From the NCBI GenBank assembly GCA_047285535.1, contig JBJBDC010000001.1, positions 2,496,136 through 2,560,135 on the forward strand: a stretch of 64,000 nucleotides of DNA, written 5' to 3'. The position numbers were made by a program, and so were the translations under genes. The DNA comes from Synechococcus sp. Lineage in GTDB: Bacteria > Cyanobacteriota > Cyanobacteriia > PCC-6307 > Cyanobiaceae. Shown here one piece after another: positions 30,843 to 40,709 of this stretch (positions are counted from its first letter, which is position 1; the number at the start of each line of letters is the position of its first letter). The notes below the pieces were generated by a model. It was given only the letters and a program-made list of their open reading frames with translations, was not told the DNA's origin and did not search any database.

Positions 30843-31419
30843 GGATTTTGATTTGTGCTTTGCTCAAGTTTGAACATATTCTGCTGTACTTTCCTCGCTT
30901 TTTTATTGGTCTTCTGATTTTGTATTTTATACCATTGATGCTTTTGATGAAGCTTGGTCTGTAGTTTTTATCGATTTTTCCTTTCGCATGCAGGCTTTCT
31001 GGTTTGACCTTTCTATTCTGTCCCTTTTGTCTTATTGATTTTTCCCTTTGCTTCGGGCTCAATGCTTGATTCGCTTTTGGTTTGGTGCTGATCTTCTGCT
31101 CTCCTGCGGTTTTTGTTTTGGCTTCCGACTCTTTTCTTGGTTCTTTGCTCGCTGTTTAATTTCCTGTTGATCAATGAATGTCGATGAATTCTCTCTTTGA
31201 TTGTTGTTTCTGTGGCATCGGCTTTTATTGCAGTGTTGTATGTGTCTTTAATGATTTTCATTGTACGCGACGTAGTCGTAATATTTGATGCTTTTTGCTT
31301 TCTTCGTTATTCATGTTTGGCCTCGGTTTGTTGAAATTTGTAGTTCGTGTTTTTAGGGGCTTAATCTCCTTTTCCGATTCTGAGAGGGTTTTAGCTCTTT
31401 TTTTGGATAGTCTCTCAGC

Positions 31420-33807
31420 ATGAGCTTCCTCGCCGGCCTCAACGACGCTCAGCGCAGTGCGGTGGATCACCATGAAGGCCCGTTATTGGTTGTCGCTGGA
31501 GCAGGAAGTGGAAAGACGAGAGCCCTCACCCATCGCATTGCCCATTTGATTGGCGAGCATGGGGCGGACCCTGCCCAGATTCTGGCGGTGACGTTCACCA
31601 ACAAAGCTGCCCGAGAAATGAAGGAGCGGTTGGAGCTGTTGCTCGCTCATCGCCTCGCGCAGAGTCAGTTCGGCCAACCCTGGAGCACTTTGCCTCTGGT
31701 TGAGCAGCGGCAATTGCGTTCTCGTATCTACCGCGAGGTCACCAAGGAGTTGTGGATTGGTACCTTTCATGCCCTGTTTGCGCGCATGCTCCGTTTCGAT
31801 ATCGATAAATTCAAGGATGCTGAGGGCCTGTCCTGGACTAAGCAGTTTTCGATCTACGACGAGGCTGACGCTCAGAGTTTGGTGAAGGAAATCGTCACCC
31901 AAGAGCTGCAATTAGACCCCAAGCGGTTTGAGCCCAAGAAGGTTCGTTGGGCGATTAGTAATGCCAAGAATCAAGGCTGGTCACCTGAGGATCTTGAAGC
32001 CAATGCCGAGGGGCAGAGAGGAAAGCTCACTGCAGATGTCTATCGCCGTTATCGCAAGGCATTAGCTGCGAATAATGCTCTCGATTTTGATGACTTGCTT
32101 CTCCTCCCTGTGCAGTTGCTTCAGCAGAATGAGCAGGTTCGCGGCTACTGGCATCGGCGCTTTGCCCATGTCCTAGTGGATGAATATCAGGACACCAACC
32201 GCACTCAGTACGAGCTGATCAAGTTGCTGGTCACCGATGGAAAGGATCCTCAGGTATACAAAAATTGGTCTGGACGCTCGGTCTTTGTTGTGGGTGATGC
32301 GGACCAGAGCATCTACAGCTTTCGGGCAGCGGATTTCACGATTCTGATGGGATTTCAGGACGATTTTGGCGATAAGGCTTCGGATGATGCCACCCGCACA
32401 ATGGTGAAGCTGGAGGAGAACTATCGCTCTACCGCCACGATTCTTGAGGCGGCTAATGCTTTGATCTCCAACAACAGTGAGCGGATCGATAAAGTACTGC
32501 GCCCCACCCGTGGGGAGGGAGAATTGATCACTCTCACCCGCTGCGATGACGAGATCGCTGAGGCTGAGGCAGTCGTGCACCGGCTGCGGATGATGGAGGC
32601 CGCCAATCCTGAGCTCAACTGGGCTGATATGGCTGTGCTGTATCGCACCAATGCTCAGTCACGGGCAATTGAAGAGTCGCTGGTGCGTTGGCGGATTCCT
32701 TATGTCGTTGTGGGTGGCCTCCGCTTTTATGACCGCCGCGAGATCAAAGATGTTCTTGGCTATCTGCGCTTGCTAATCAATCCCGCCGATACGGTCAGCC
32801 TGCTGAGGGTGATCAACGTGCCAAAGCGTGGTATCGGCAAGACCACAATCCAGCGCTGCTCCGATGCTGCGAATCAGCTTGGTATCCCTCTTTGGGATGT
32901 GGTCAGCGATCCGGAAGCGGCCCGTTCACTCGGTGGGCGTTCTGCCCGTGGGCTGTTGCAGTTTTGTGAGTTGATCAGTGCTCTCAAGCAGCACATTCAT
33001 GACAGTCCACCATCGGAGTTGATTCAACAGGTGATGGAAAAGAGTGGTTATGTGAGTGAGCTGATCGCTGAAGGTACCGATGAGGCTGAGGAAAGACGCC
33101 GCAACCTGCAGGAATTGGTGAATGCAGCGCTGCAATATCAGGAAGAAAACGATGAAGGGGATTTGGAGGGGTTCTTGGCTTCTGCGGCCCTGGCCAGTGA
33201 TGCCGATAGCAAAGACACCAAGGCTGATCGGGTGACATTGATGACCTTGCACAGCAGCAAGGGTTTGGAATTTCCGGTGGTGTGTTTGGTAGGGCTTGAG
33301 CAGGGGTTGTTTCCGAGCTACCGCTCACTGGATGATCCGGCGTCCCTTGAGGAGGAACGCAGACTCTGTTATGTCGGCATCACCAGAGCGAAGGAGCGTC
33401 TATTCCTTTCCCACGCGAGCGAGCGGCGCTTATGGGGCGGCATGCGCGAGCCTGCTGTACCAAGCGTGTTTCTCTCAGAATTGCCAGAAGCGTTAGTCCA
33501 GGGGGAGATCCCTCGCTCTGGTGGAGCGGCGATCCGCCGGGAGCAACGCCTAGAGCGTCTGACTCGGGTTGATCGGGCTAGACCAAGCAGTGCCCCTGCG
33601 AATGCTGTGCGCCGTCGTCAGGCTGGTCCCGCTCCAGGGAAGTGCTGGACTGTCGGTGATCAGGTCAGTCACTCCAGCTTCGGGATCGGAGAGATCACGC
33701 ATACATTCGGCAGCGGTGAGAAGGTCTCGATCGCTGTGAAGTTTTCCGGCATGGGCCCAAAGATCCTCGATCCCCGCTTGGCGCCAATTGAGCCAGTGGA
33801 CAATTGA
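31420..33807 (+). CDS. pcrA: ATP-dependent DNA helicase PcrA/UvrD
   Basis: AGAGSGKT, TFTNKAA, VDEYQD, GDADQSIY, NYRS, TLHSSKGLEF, EERRLCYVGITRA, C-terminal Tudor-like domain. Confidence 0.97.
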   Translation: MSFLAGLNDAQRSAVDHHEGPLLVVAGAGSGKTRALTHRIAHLIGEHGADPAQILAVTFTNKAAREMKERLELLLAHRLAQSQFGQPWSTLPLVEQRQLRSRIYREVTKELWIGTFHALFARMLRFDIDKFKDAEGLSWTKQFSIYDEADAQSLVKEIVTQELQLDPKRFEPKKVRWAISNAKNQGWSPEDLEANAEGQRGKLTADVYRRYRKALAANNALDFDDLLLLPVQLLQQNEQVRGYWHRRFAHVLVDEYQDTNRTQYELIKLLVTDGKDPQVYKNWSGRSVFVVGDADQSIYSFRAADFTILMGFQDDFGDKASDDATRTMVKLEENYRSTATILEAANALISNNSERIDKVLRPTRGEGELITLTRCDDEIAEAEAVVHRLRMMEAANPELNWADMAVLYRTNAQSRAIEESLVRWRIPYVVVGGLRFYDRREIKDVLGYLRLLINPADTVSLLRVINVPKRGIGKTTIQRCSDAANQLGIPLWDVVSDPEAARSLGGRSARGLLQFCELISALKQHIHDSPPSELIQQVMEKSGYVSELIAEGTDEAEERRRNLQELVNAALQYQEENDEGDLEGFLASAALASDADSKDTKADRVTLMTLHSSKGLEFPVVCLVGLEQGLFPSYRSLDDPASLEEERRLCYVGITRAKERLFLSHASERRLWGGMREPAVPSVFLSELPEALVQGEIPRSGGAAIRREQRLERLTRVDRARPSSAPANAVRRRQAGPAPGKCWTVGDQVSHSSFGIGEITHTFGSGEKVSIAVKFSGMGPKILDPRLAPIEPVDN

Positions 33808-35062
33808 TCCCTTGGAGCTGCCCGGTATCCCCACCGACCTTCTCAACACTCTGCAGGTTGCTGCTCGTGACAGCGGGGTAAGGCGTTTGGCGTTGGTGGG
33901 AGGGGCAGTAAGGGATGCCCTACTTCACCACGACCATCAGGATCCTTGGCTTGGATTGCCGGATTTGGATCTCGTGGTGGAGGGGTCTGCTGAGGTGTTT
34001 GCCCGACAACTTCGGACGCTGTGCGGTGAGACGCGGGTGCCACAGCTGCAGGTCCATGCGGCTTACGGCACGGTGGACTTGGTGCTGGATGGGGTCAAGC
34101 TCGATCTTGCCAGTGCACGTAAGGAGCACTATCCCGCTCCAGGGTTCAATCCAGTTGTTTCTTCAGGCCGCCTGGAAGACGACGTCGCTCGGCGTGATTT
34201 CACTGTTAATGCCATGGCCCTTGAGTTGTCTTTCGAGGGTTTAGATCAGGACTACATACTCGATCGGTTTGAGGGACGTGAGGATCTGGCCAGAAGGCAG
34301 TTGACTTTTCTGCATGACTTCAGCGTTGCTGATGATCCCACTCGCGTGATCCGGGCGGCTCGTTATGCCGCACGACTCGGATTCCAGTTAGCTCCAGCTG
34401 CCGCGATTCAGATTGCTTCCACACTGACAAGCTGGCCCTGGGCGTGGTCTTCAGGGGATCCGGCTGAGCAGGCTCCGCCAGCCCTTTCCACCCGCCTGCG
34501 CATGGAGTTGGAGTTGCTTTTTGAACGGGAACCCTGGATGGACGCGTTGGCATGTCTCCAGCGTTGGGGAGCTTTGGTGTTGCTCGATTCAGCACTACAG
34601 CAGGATTCGCGTCTTCGGAGACGGCTGATCCAGGCTCAGCGGCTTGGTCTTCCTTTGCTAACGAGCCTGGTGGCTGGCGCCAGAGATCCTTCTGCGCTGG
34701 CGCTGCGGTTGCAGCTTCCCCGGCAGCAGCAGCGCCAGATGCAGCAGCTTCAGGATTTGCTCCAGTGGTTGGACAAGGAGCTGCCTGCCGAGGCAAGCGG
34801 CTGGAGTGCCGCCACTTGGAGCGATGCTCTGGAGTCCCGTACGGTGGATCCAGAGGTGGTTGCTCATGCGGCTTGTGTGTTGGCCCACAGTTCCTGCGGC
34901 AGTGCTTTGTGGAGGCCCTTGCTGCGCTGGTGGGGACGTTGGCGTCATCTTCAAGGGCCTTTTACGGCAAGGGAACTCATAGTCCAGGGGTGGAAGCCAG
35001 GCCCTGAACTTGGCCAAGAGCTGCGTCGCTTGCGCCTGGAGCAGTTATTGCAGGCCAGATGA
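33788..35062 (+). CDS. cca: Class II tRNA nucleotidyltransferase (CCA-adding family, probably the A-adding type)
   Basis: VGGAVRD, DLDLVV, ARKEHY..PG.NP.V, RRDFTVNAMA, DDPTRVIRAARY, PGPELG. Confidence 0.88.
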   Translation: MSQWTIDPLELPGIPTDLLNTLQVAARDSGVRRLALVGGAVRDALLHHDHQDPWLGLPDLDLVVEGSAEVFARQLRTLCGETRVPQLQVHAAYGTVDLVLDGVKLDLASARKEHYPAPGFNPVVSSGRLEDDVARRDFTVNAMALELSFEGLDQDYILDRFEGREDLARRQLTFLHDFSVADDPTRVIRAARYAARLGFQLAPAAAIQIASTLTSWPWAWSSGDPAEQAPPALSTRLRMELELLFEREPWMDALACLQRWGALVLLDSALQQDSRLRRRLIQAQRLGLPLLTSLVAGARDPSALALRLQLPRQQQRQMQQLQDLLQWLDKELPAEASGWSAATWSDALESRTVDPEVVAHAACVLAHSSCGSALWRPLLRWWGRWRHLQGPFTARELIVQGWKPGPELGQELRRLRLEQLLQAR

Positions 35063-35079
35063 GGCGGTGATCTTTGCTT

Positions 35080-37299
35080 TCAGTTTTCTACCGCCTGACC
35101 GATTGGCCACCAGCCCTGGTGATTCTGCTCCAACAAGGCCTTGGATAGCTGTTTTGAAACGCTGATGAGAAGTGGTCCGCAGGTTTGGGGGTCTATCAGT
35201 AATTCCAGGAGGGCCAGATGCTGGGAACTGCCCTTAGTGATCGGGCCCAGGCTCAGGATCACAGCTGGGGGACAACTTAGTTGAGGCTGAGGATCAAGTA
35301 GAGCCCAGGCATTGCGGTTGGCTGGAGCAAGGCTGCTCGAATAGCCTGCTTCAAAAAGTTCCAGGGAGCCCGGCAGGGCAGGGATTGTTTGAGCTTCGAG
35401 CTGCACCTGAAGCTTGGGCTTGTCTTCAGAAAGATTTCCGAGCATTTCGCCCAGGTGCCCCAGCAACCCGAACCCGGTGATGTCGGTGACGGCATGGAGC
35501 TCCCCTGGATGATGGGCTTCCAGCGCCGTGAGCTGATCCACCAACGGGTGCTGGCTGGTTTGCATCTGAGCAAGGGCCTGATCGAGATCGGCTGGCTTGG
35601 TGGCTCCAGCCATGGCGGCGGCAAACAGTACACCGGTACCAAGGGGGCGGCTCAATAGCAACTGGTCACCGCCTTGGATGCCTTGCTTGGGCCAGATCCT
35701 GGTTTTGGGCCAACCCTGCGCGCTGATCACTACCTGGATACCGAGGCTGCAGGGTGGAGGGCCGCTTTCTCGGGCTTCCAGAGTGTGGCCACCGATTAGC
35801 TCAGCTTGTTGGGGATCTAGCACTGAGCGGATGCCTGCCAGGGTCTGGGCCAAAAGCTGTTGTTGCAGCTCCGAGGGGGCTAGCGGCAGGGTGACCACCG
35901 CCTGAGCTGAATTCACAGAAGTGCCGCAAGCCCAGAGGTCCGAACAGGCATGCAAGGCGGTGATCCGGCCGTTGAGCCATGGGTCGCTGATCAGGGCGGG
36001 AAAGCCATCCACGCTCTGCAGCAGAGATGTTTGGGCTTTCTCCCCCTGACTGGATGGCACTACGGCGGCATCCTCAGGGGCTGTTCCCAAGCGCTTAAGC
36101 CCTGCCCCATCCAAGCCCCCTTGCAGGGTGGCGGCAGACACTTTGGCGGCGCAGCCGCGGCAGAGCATGGAGCTGTTCGTTGAGGCTGCATCGCTTGCCA
36201 TGGACTGAAGCTGGAAGCGTTTCATGAAGCGACGGTCGAGCCACTGCTTCCAATGCCACAGCCATGGATGGGGGCCAAAGCAGAGCGAGCCGCAAAGGGC
36301 CCAGGCGGTGGGCTTCCCTTGGACGTCGAAACCACCCATTAGCTGAAGGGCCCGGCGTTGTGGGCGCCAAGGCTTCAAAGGTTTCTCCGAGCAACTGGCT
36401 TCAAGGTTTCGGGCTAGAGGTGTTGCGGCACGCACGGCCCAGACGCCTGAGGCGGGCCGTGGGGCGTCGTCGATGACAGCGCAGTCGCCGCTGGCAAAGA
36501 TCATTGGGAAATCGAGCACCTCCAGGGTTGGGGCAGTGCACACTCGGCCCCGTCTATCGACTGGAAGGCCACTTGCTGCGAGTAAGGTGGGAGCTTTGCT
36601 ACCTGTGCAATGGAGCCTCAACCGGGTTAAGCCCTCTGCAGTGTCGGTTGATTCAGTGTTCTGGTGGAAATTCACACCTGAAGTGGCTAGAGCTTGTTGA
36701 AAGACTGGGGGGATGCGACCTGGCTTGACCTGTAGTTGTACCGTCCGCTTGGGCCAGCGATGGCGTAAAGCCAGGGCCAGTTCGATGGCGGCTAGACCTG
36801 AACCGACGAGCTGCATGTGGTCAGTGGATGAATCCGTCTCGGCTTGATTCAGAGCAGAGAGGGCTTGCTCAAGTGGTTTGATCGCCAGGGTGTTGCTTTT
36901 TCCTGAAGTGGCTTTGGGCTCTGGAGTGACAGACCCAAGATTGAGGCTGAGCCTGTCGTAGCTCAGGGGCGGACGGCCAGCCAAAAGAAGCTGCTGTTTC
37001 AGTGGATCGAGTCCTGTGATCTCGGCGATCACAAAAGCCACTGCGGCCTGGTCGGCTAATCGCCGCAGATTGATTTCTAGGTCCTGGCGGTTGTAGAGGC
37101 CTGCCACCAGTCCTGGCACCATGCCGGAATAGAGGGCAGTGCTCTGGCGGTTCACCAGGGTGATCAGTCCTTCTGGTCGGCGTCTGGGCTGCATCGCCCA
37201 CATCCTCAGTACCAGGGCATGGGTGTGGCCGCCACCGGCCAGTACCAAGTGGCTGTTCACGATGAGTTTCCCTATCTGCTTGGATTCCTGGACTGCCAT
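35080..37299 (-). CDS. selD: Selenide, water dikinase fused to an N-terminal FAD/NAD oxidoreductase domain
   Basis: N-terminal GGGHTH, YSGMVPG, GDCA; C-terminal CRGCAAKV, EDAA, SDLWA, GGHT, TDITGFGLLGHL, DPQTCGPLL. Confidence 0.92.
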   Translation of the reverse strand: MAVQESKQIGKLIVNSHLVLAGGGHTHALVLRMWAMQPRRRPEGLITLVNRQSTALYSGMVPGLVAGLYNRQDLEINLRRLADQAAVAFVIAEITGLDPLKQQLLLAGRPPLSYDRLSLNLGSVTPEPKATSGKSNTLAIKPLEQALSALNQAETDSSTDHMQLVGSGLAAIELALALRHRWPKRTVQLQVKPGRIPPVFQQALATSGVNFHQNTESTDTAEGLTRLRLHCTGSKAPTLLAASGLPVDRRGRVCTAPTLEVLDFPMIFASGDCAVIDDAPRPASGVWAVRAATPLARNLEASCSEKPLKPWRPQRRALQLMGGFDVQGKPTAWALCGSLCFGPHPWLWHWKQWLDRRFMKRFQLQSMASDAASTNSSMLCRGCAAKVSAATLQGGLDGAGLKRLGTAPEDAAVVPSSQGEKAQTSLLQSVDGFPALISDPWLNGRITALHACSDLWACGTSVNSAQAVVTLPLAPSELQQQLLAQTLAGIRSVLDPQQAELIGGHTLEARESGPPPCSLGIQVVISAQGWPKTRIWPKQGIQGGDQLLLSRPLGTGVLFAAAMAGATKPADLDQALAQMQTSQHPLVDQLTALEAHHPGELHAVTDITGFGLLGHLGEMLGNLSEDKPKLQVQLEAQTIPALPGSLELFEAGYSSSLAPANRNAWALLDPQPQLSCPPAVILSLGPITKGSSQHLALLELLIDPQTCGPLLISVSKQLSKALLEQNHQGWWPIGQAVEN

Positions 37300-37714
37300 C
37301 TCCAGCTCAAACGTTGGATCACCAGCTGATTGGGCAATGAATGAAGACTGGCATCATCAAAGGGCTTCAATCGTTTCATGACAGTGACTTGCATTCACCG
37401 CAAACGATAATGGTGATCTTTTGGAGTTTATTGGGATAAGTTTCAGGTCTCAGGCTGCTTGTGGTCGCCTGCCCGTTAGTAACACATCAAATTTCGGCTG
37501 TCGATGTACTGAATTTACAATGTACTTTAAGTCTAAATGTCTCAATATCCATTGCTCTGTTTTGACTTGACTGCAATCGTCAAGCTCCTGAGATAGATAG
37601 TCGCTACGAGTCGTGCAACAATCAGTGCGGTTTATAAGTTCTTATCGCTTGGCTTCAACCTGAGTGATCGGGAATAGCCGTTTGAACTTCGTTAAGCTTC
37701 CAGAGTTTTTATTG

Positions 37715-38311
37715 ATGATGTCAATTGACCAGACTGCAGTGATTCATTCCACGGCCCTTGTCGATGAGGGGGCAACAGTTGGCGCTGGTTCGCGTATCTG
37801 GCACTGGGTTCACATCTCTGCCGGAGCCGTGATCGGCAAAAACTGTTCGTTTGGACAGAATGTGTTTGTCGGCAATGCTGTTCGGATTGGGAATAATGTC
37901 AAGATTCAGAATAATGTTTCTGTGTACGACAACGTCACTCTTGAGGATGATGTTTTCTGCGGGCCGAGCATGGTGTTTACCAACGTCTATAACCCGCGCT
38001 CAGCCGTGAGCCGCAGAGACCAGTACAGAGATACTTGTGTCCGTCAGGGGGTGACGCTCGGCGCAAATTGCACCATTGTCTGTGGCGTCACCATTGGGGT
38101 TTATGCCTTCGTTGGAGCAGGTTCTGTAATTAATAAAAATGTCAAACCTTTTGCCCTAATGGTGGGGGTTCCAGCAAAGCAGATTGGTTGGATGAGTGCC
38201 TATGGGGAACGTGTTGGTTTGCCCTTGGAAGGTGGGGGCTCCTGGCGTTGCCCCCACACTGGTGATCTTTATGAGCTTAACGGTGACTCTCTTCGGCGTG
38301 GTGAAGCGTGA
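37715..38311 (+). CDS. wbpD: UDP-2-acetamido-3-amino-2,3-dideoxy-sugar N-acetyltransferase (hexapeptide repeat)
   Basis: [46 protein letters not shown]. Confidence 0.92.
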   Translation: MMSIDQTAVIHSTALVDEGATVGAGSRIWHWVHISAGAVIGKNCSFGQNVFVGNAVRIGNNVKIQNNVSVYDNVTLEDDVFCGPSMVFTNVYNPRSAVSRRDQYRDTCVRQGVTLGANCTIVCGVTIGVYAFVGAGSVINKNVKPFALMVGVPAKQIGWMSAYGERVGLPLEGGGSWRCPHTGDLYELNGDSLRRGEA

Positions 38312-39469
38312 ATGACGATGCAGTTCATTGATCTCAAGGCTCAACAACAACAACGATTGTCAGATGGGCGAACTATTCGCGAGGCCATCGATGCCCGCAT
38401 GAATGCCGTGCTGGATCACGGCCAGTACATTCTCGGTCCGGAAGTGGTTGAGCTTGAAGAGACTCTGTCTGCTTATGTGGGAGTGAATCAATGCATCGCT
38501 GTTGCGAGTGGTACTGATGCATTGTTAATTGCCTTAATGGCTTTAGGTGTGGGCCCTGGTGATGAAGTGATTACCACTCCCTTCTCATTTATTTCAACCA
38601 CAGAAACGATTGCTTTGCTAGGGGCGATTCCTGTGTATGTCGATATCGACTCGGTGACCTACAACCTCGATGCCAGTAAACTTGAGGAACGGATTACTGC
38701 AAAGACCAAAGCGATTATTCCAGTCAGCTTGTATGGTCAAGCTGCTGATTTTCAAGCGATTAATGACATCGCTGAGTGTCATGGTTTGCCGGTGATTGAA
38801 GATGCTGCTCAGAGTTTTGGGGCGATGCAAAGGGGGCTGCGCAGTTGCAACTTGAGCACAATTGGTACTACTAGTTTCTTCCCTTCCAAGCCTCTGGGTG
38901 GCTATGGCGATGGAGGAGCCTGTTTTACCAATGATCAGGACTTAGCCGATCGCATGCGGCGCATTTCTAGGCATGGACAGGCCAGACGTTATTTCCATAC
39001 TGATATTGGTGTGAATGGAAGGATCGATACTTTGCAAGCTGCGATTTTGATGGGGAAGTGGCCCAATTTTGCGAATGAAGTGGATGCACGCGCTCGAATC
39101 GGTGCTGCTTATTCCAAAAAGCTAAAGGCTGCTGGAGTCTTGACTACTCCCTCTTTGTTGCCAGGCAATACCAGCGTCTACGCCCAATACACAGTTCAGG
39201 TGGATGATCGTGCTTCGGTGCAAGCCTTTTTAAAAAAAGTTGGTATCCCTACTGCGGTGCATTATCCGACGCTGCTCTCTAATCAACCTGCCTTTCGTTC
39301 GATTGCTGAGTGCAACAATCCATCCTCAGCCACCCCTATTGCACAGGCCACTAGTGAGCGTGTATTGAGTTTGCCCATGCACCCTTGGCTTAGTGAGGCC
39401 GATCAAGATCAGGTAGTTGTGGCTCTTGTTGATGCGCTTCAATCCAGTTGTGGTGTTTCTGCTGTATGA
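38312..39469 (+). CDS. wbpE: DegT-family PLP aminotransferase (WbpE-like)
   Basis: FIDLKAQ, GQYILGPEV, EDAAQSFGA, SFFPSKPLGGYGDGG, LSLPMHP. Confidence 0.9.
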   Translation: MTMQFIDLKAQQQQRLSDGRTIREAIDARMNAVLDHGQYILGPEVVELEETLSAYVGVNQCIAVASGTDALLIALMALGVGPGDEVITTPFSFISTTETIALLGAIPVYVDIDSVTYNLDASKLEERITAKTKAIIPVSLYGQAADFQAINDIAECHGLPVIEDAAQSFGAMQRGLRSCNLSTIGTTSFFPSKPLGGYGDGGACFTNDQDLADRMRRISRHGQARRYFHTDIGVNGRIDTLQAAILMGKWPNFANEVDARARIGAAYSKKLKAAGVLTTPSLLPGNTSVYAQYTVQVDDRASVQAFLKKVGIPTAVHYPTLLSNQPAFRSIAECNNPSSATPIAQATSERVLSLPMHPWLSEADQDQVVVALVDALQSSCGVSAV

Positions 39470-40702
39470 ACGCTTCTAGGATGATGCCTGCGAAACAAAG
39501 ATGTCTTCAGTTGCCGAATCGGGATATTGAACTTTAGGTCTCGACACCAATCAAACAATGGATGAAGAAATGAACAAGGGTAGGAGTTACATCAACACAT
39601 TGATGATCAGTGCTTTTCACATACAGCGAATACTGGTCATTTAGAGGCAAGCACTGAACTTTTCCGAGCGGCAGAAGCAGACGCTTTGCTTCTTTGCGTC
39701 CCAACCCCTCTGAATAAGTATCCAGAGAAAGATATAAGTTTCATTCGTGCCACCATGTAAGTCTTGTTGCCGTATCTGCAGCCCGGTTAGTTGCTGAGTC
39801 TGGAGAGCACCACTTTTCCAGGAACCACTGATGAAGAATTGCGCCCACAGGTGTTGGGCATGGGGCTTTTGATCGGGGAGACGTTTGTTCTCATTTGCTC
39901 ACATAAACCTGAGGGTCCTAGGAATGTCTTAATTACACAGTCACGATTCCCAAGGTGATGGTAGAAAGTACGATCGCGTGTAAAGAGATAGGCTTGGCCC
40001 TTTATGAGCAGGTGATCAGTGAAGTGTTGCCTGTGAGTTGCACCCTGGCCGCTGAAATGATCAAGTTTTTGGAGGACATTCATAGGTGTAATAAGCGAAT
40101 TAAAGCCTCTATTTGCTCGCATAGGGATTAGTCTATACGAAGACATCCGTACTGCTGCAACTAAGCCTTTTGGCTTTGTGCCTATTGCACGGGGGCTGTT
40201 CTTGGTGCGCATTGCATCCGATTAATTCCTTTTATCTCGCCTGGAAAGATCGGGACTATTGCATGCATTCTCGCTGTATTGAATTGGCGGGGGAGATCGA
40301 TATTTCTATATCGGCTTATGTATTGCAAAATATAGCTGATTCCCTTGATGAAGACGGTAAGCCTTGGAAGGGCAGTCGCTACTGGTGCAAGGAATTACTT
40401 GCAAGAAAAATCAATGAAATGAGCGAATCACGATTGGTAGAGCTGATGGGGTTTTTACAAGGCAAAAGGAGTTGATGGGTATTGCAGTGATGCTTTCTTT
40501 TCTTTTTCTTTCTACCTATGCGTAAATATTATTGATCTAAAAAGTGTTCCAGTTTTTTGCCGAAAGCCTCCAACCTTTTGATGTTGTGGTGTTAGCTACA
40601 GGTCATAAAGCTTTCGATTATGATTTTGTGAACTCTATTAGTTCGCTGGAGATCGATACTCGAGGGCCTTTTGCTCCGGGGAGCAATACTCTGCGCGCCT
40701 GA
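39466..40702 (+). pseudogene. wbpA: Degraded UDP-GlcNAc 6-dehydrogenase (WbpA/WecC family)
   Basis: Fragments [85 protein letters not shown]...RA-stop; in-frame stops at 39758 and 39788, several frameshifts, GxGYVG motif missing. Confidence 0.93.
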
Positions 40703-40709
40703 CTTCATC

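Noticed and set aside
29614..31473. Short Lys/Arg-rich minus ORFs and Phe/Leu-rich plus ORFs as small proteins
   Set aside because: Their composition follows directly from the T/A skew; no family features.
36148..36168. Possible selenocysteine codon in selD
   Set aside because: The active-site codons are TGC (Cys); there is no in-frame TGA.
31483..37381. Many 60-160 aa alternative-frame and antisense ORFs over pcrA, cca and selD (likewise over 40.7-46.7 kb and 50.6-53.2 kb)
   Set aside because: Shadow ORFs expected in GC-rich coding DNA; no motifs, and they overlap well-supported genes.
37506..37525. GTA-N7-TAC resembling an NtcA box upstream of wbpD
   Set aside because: Spacing is 7, not the canonical 8; no other support.
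39787..40475. ORFs 39787-40212 (-) and 40170-40475 (+) as independent genes
   Set aside because: They are the antisense shadow and one surviving fragment of the wbpA pseudogene.
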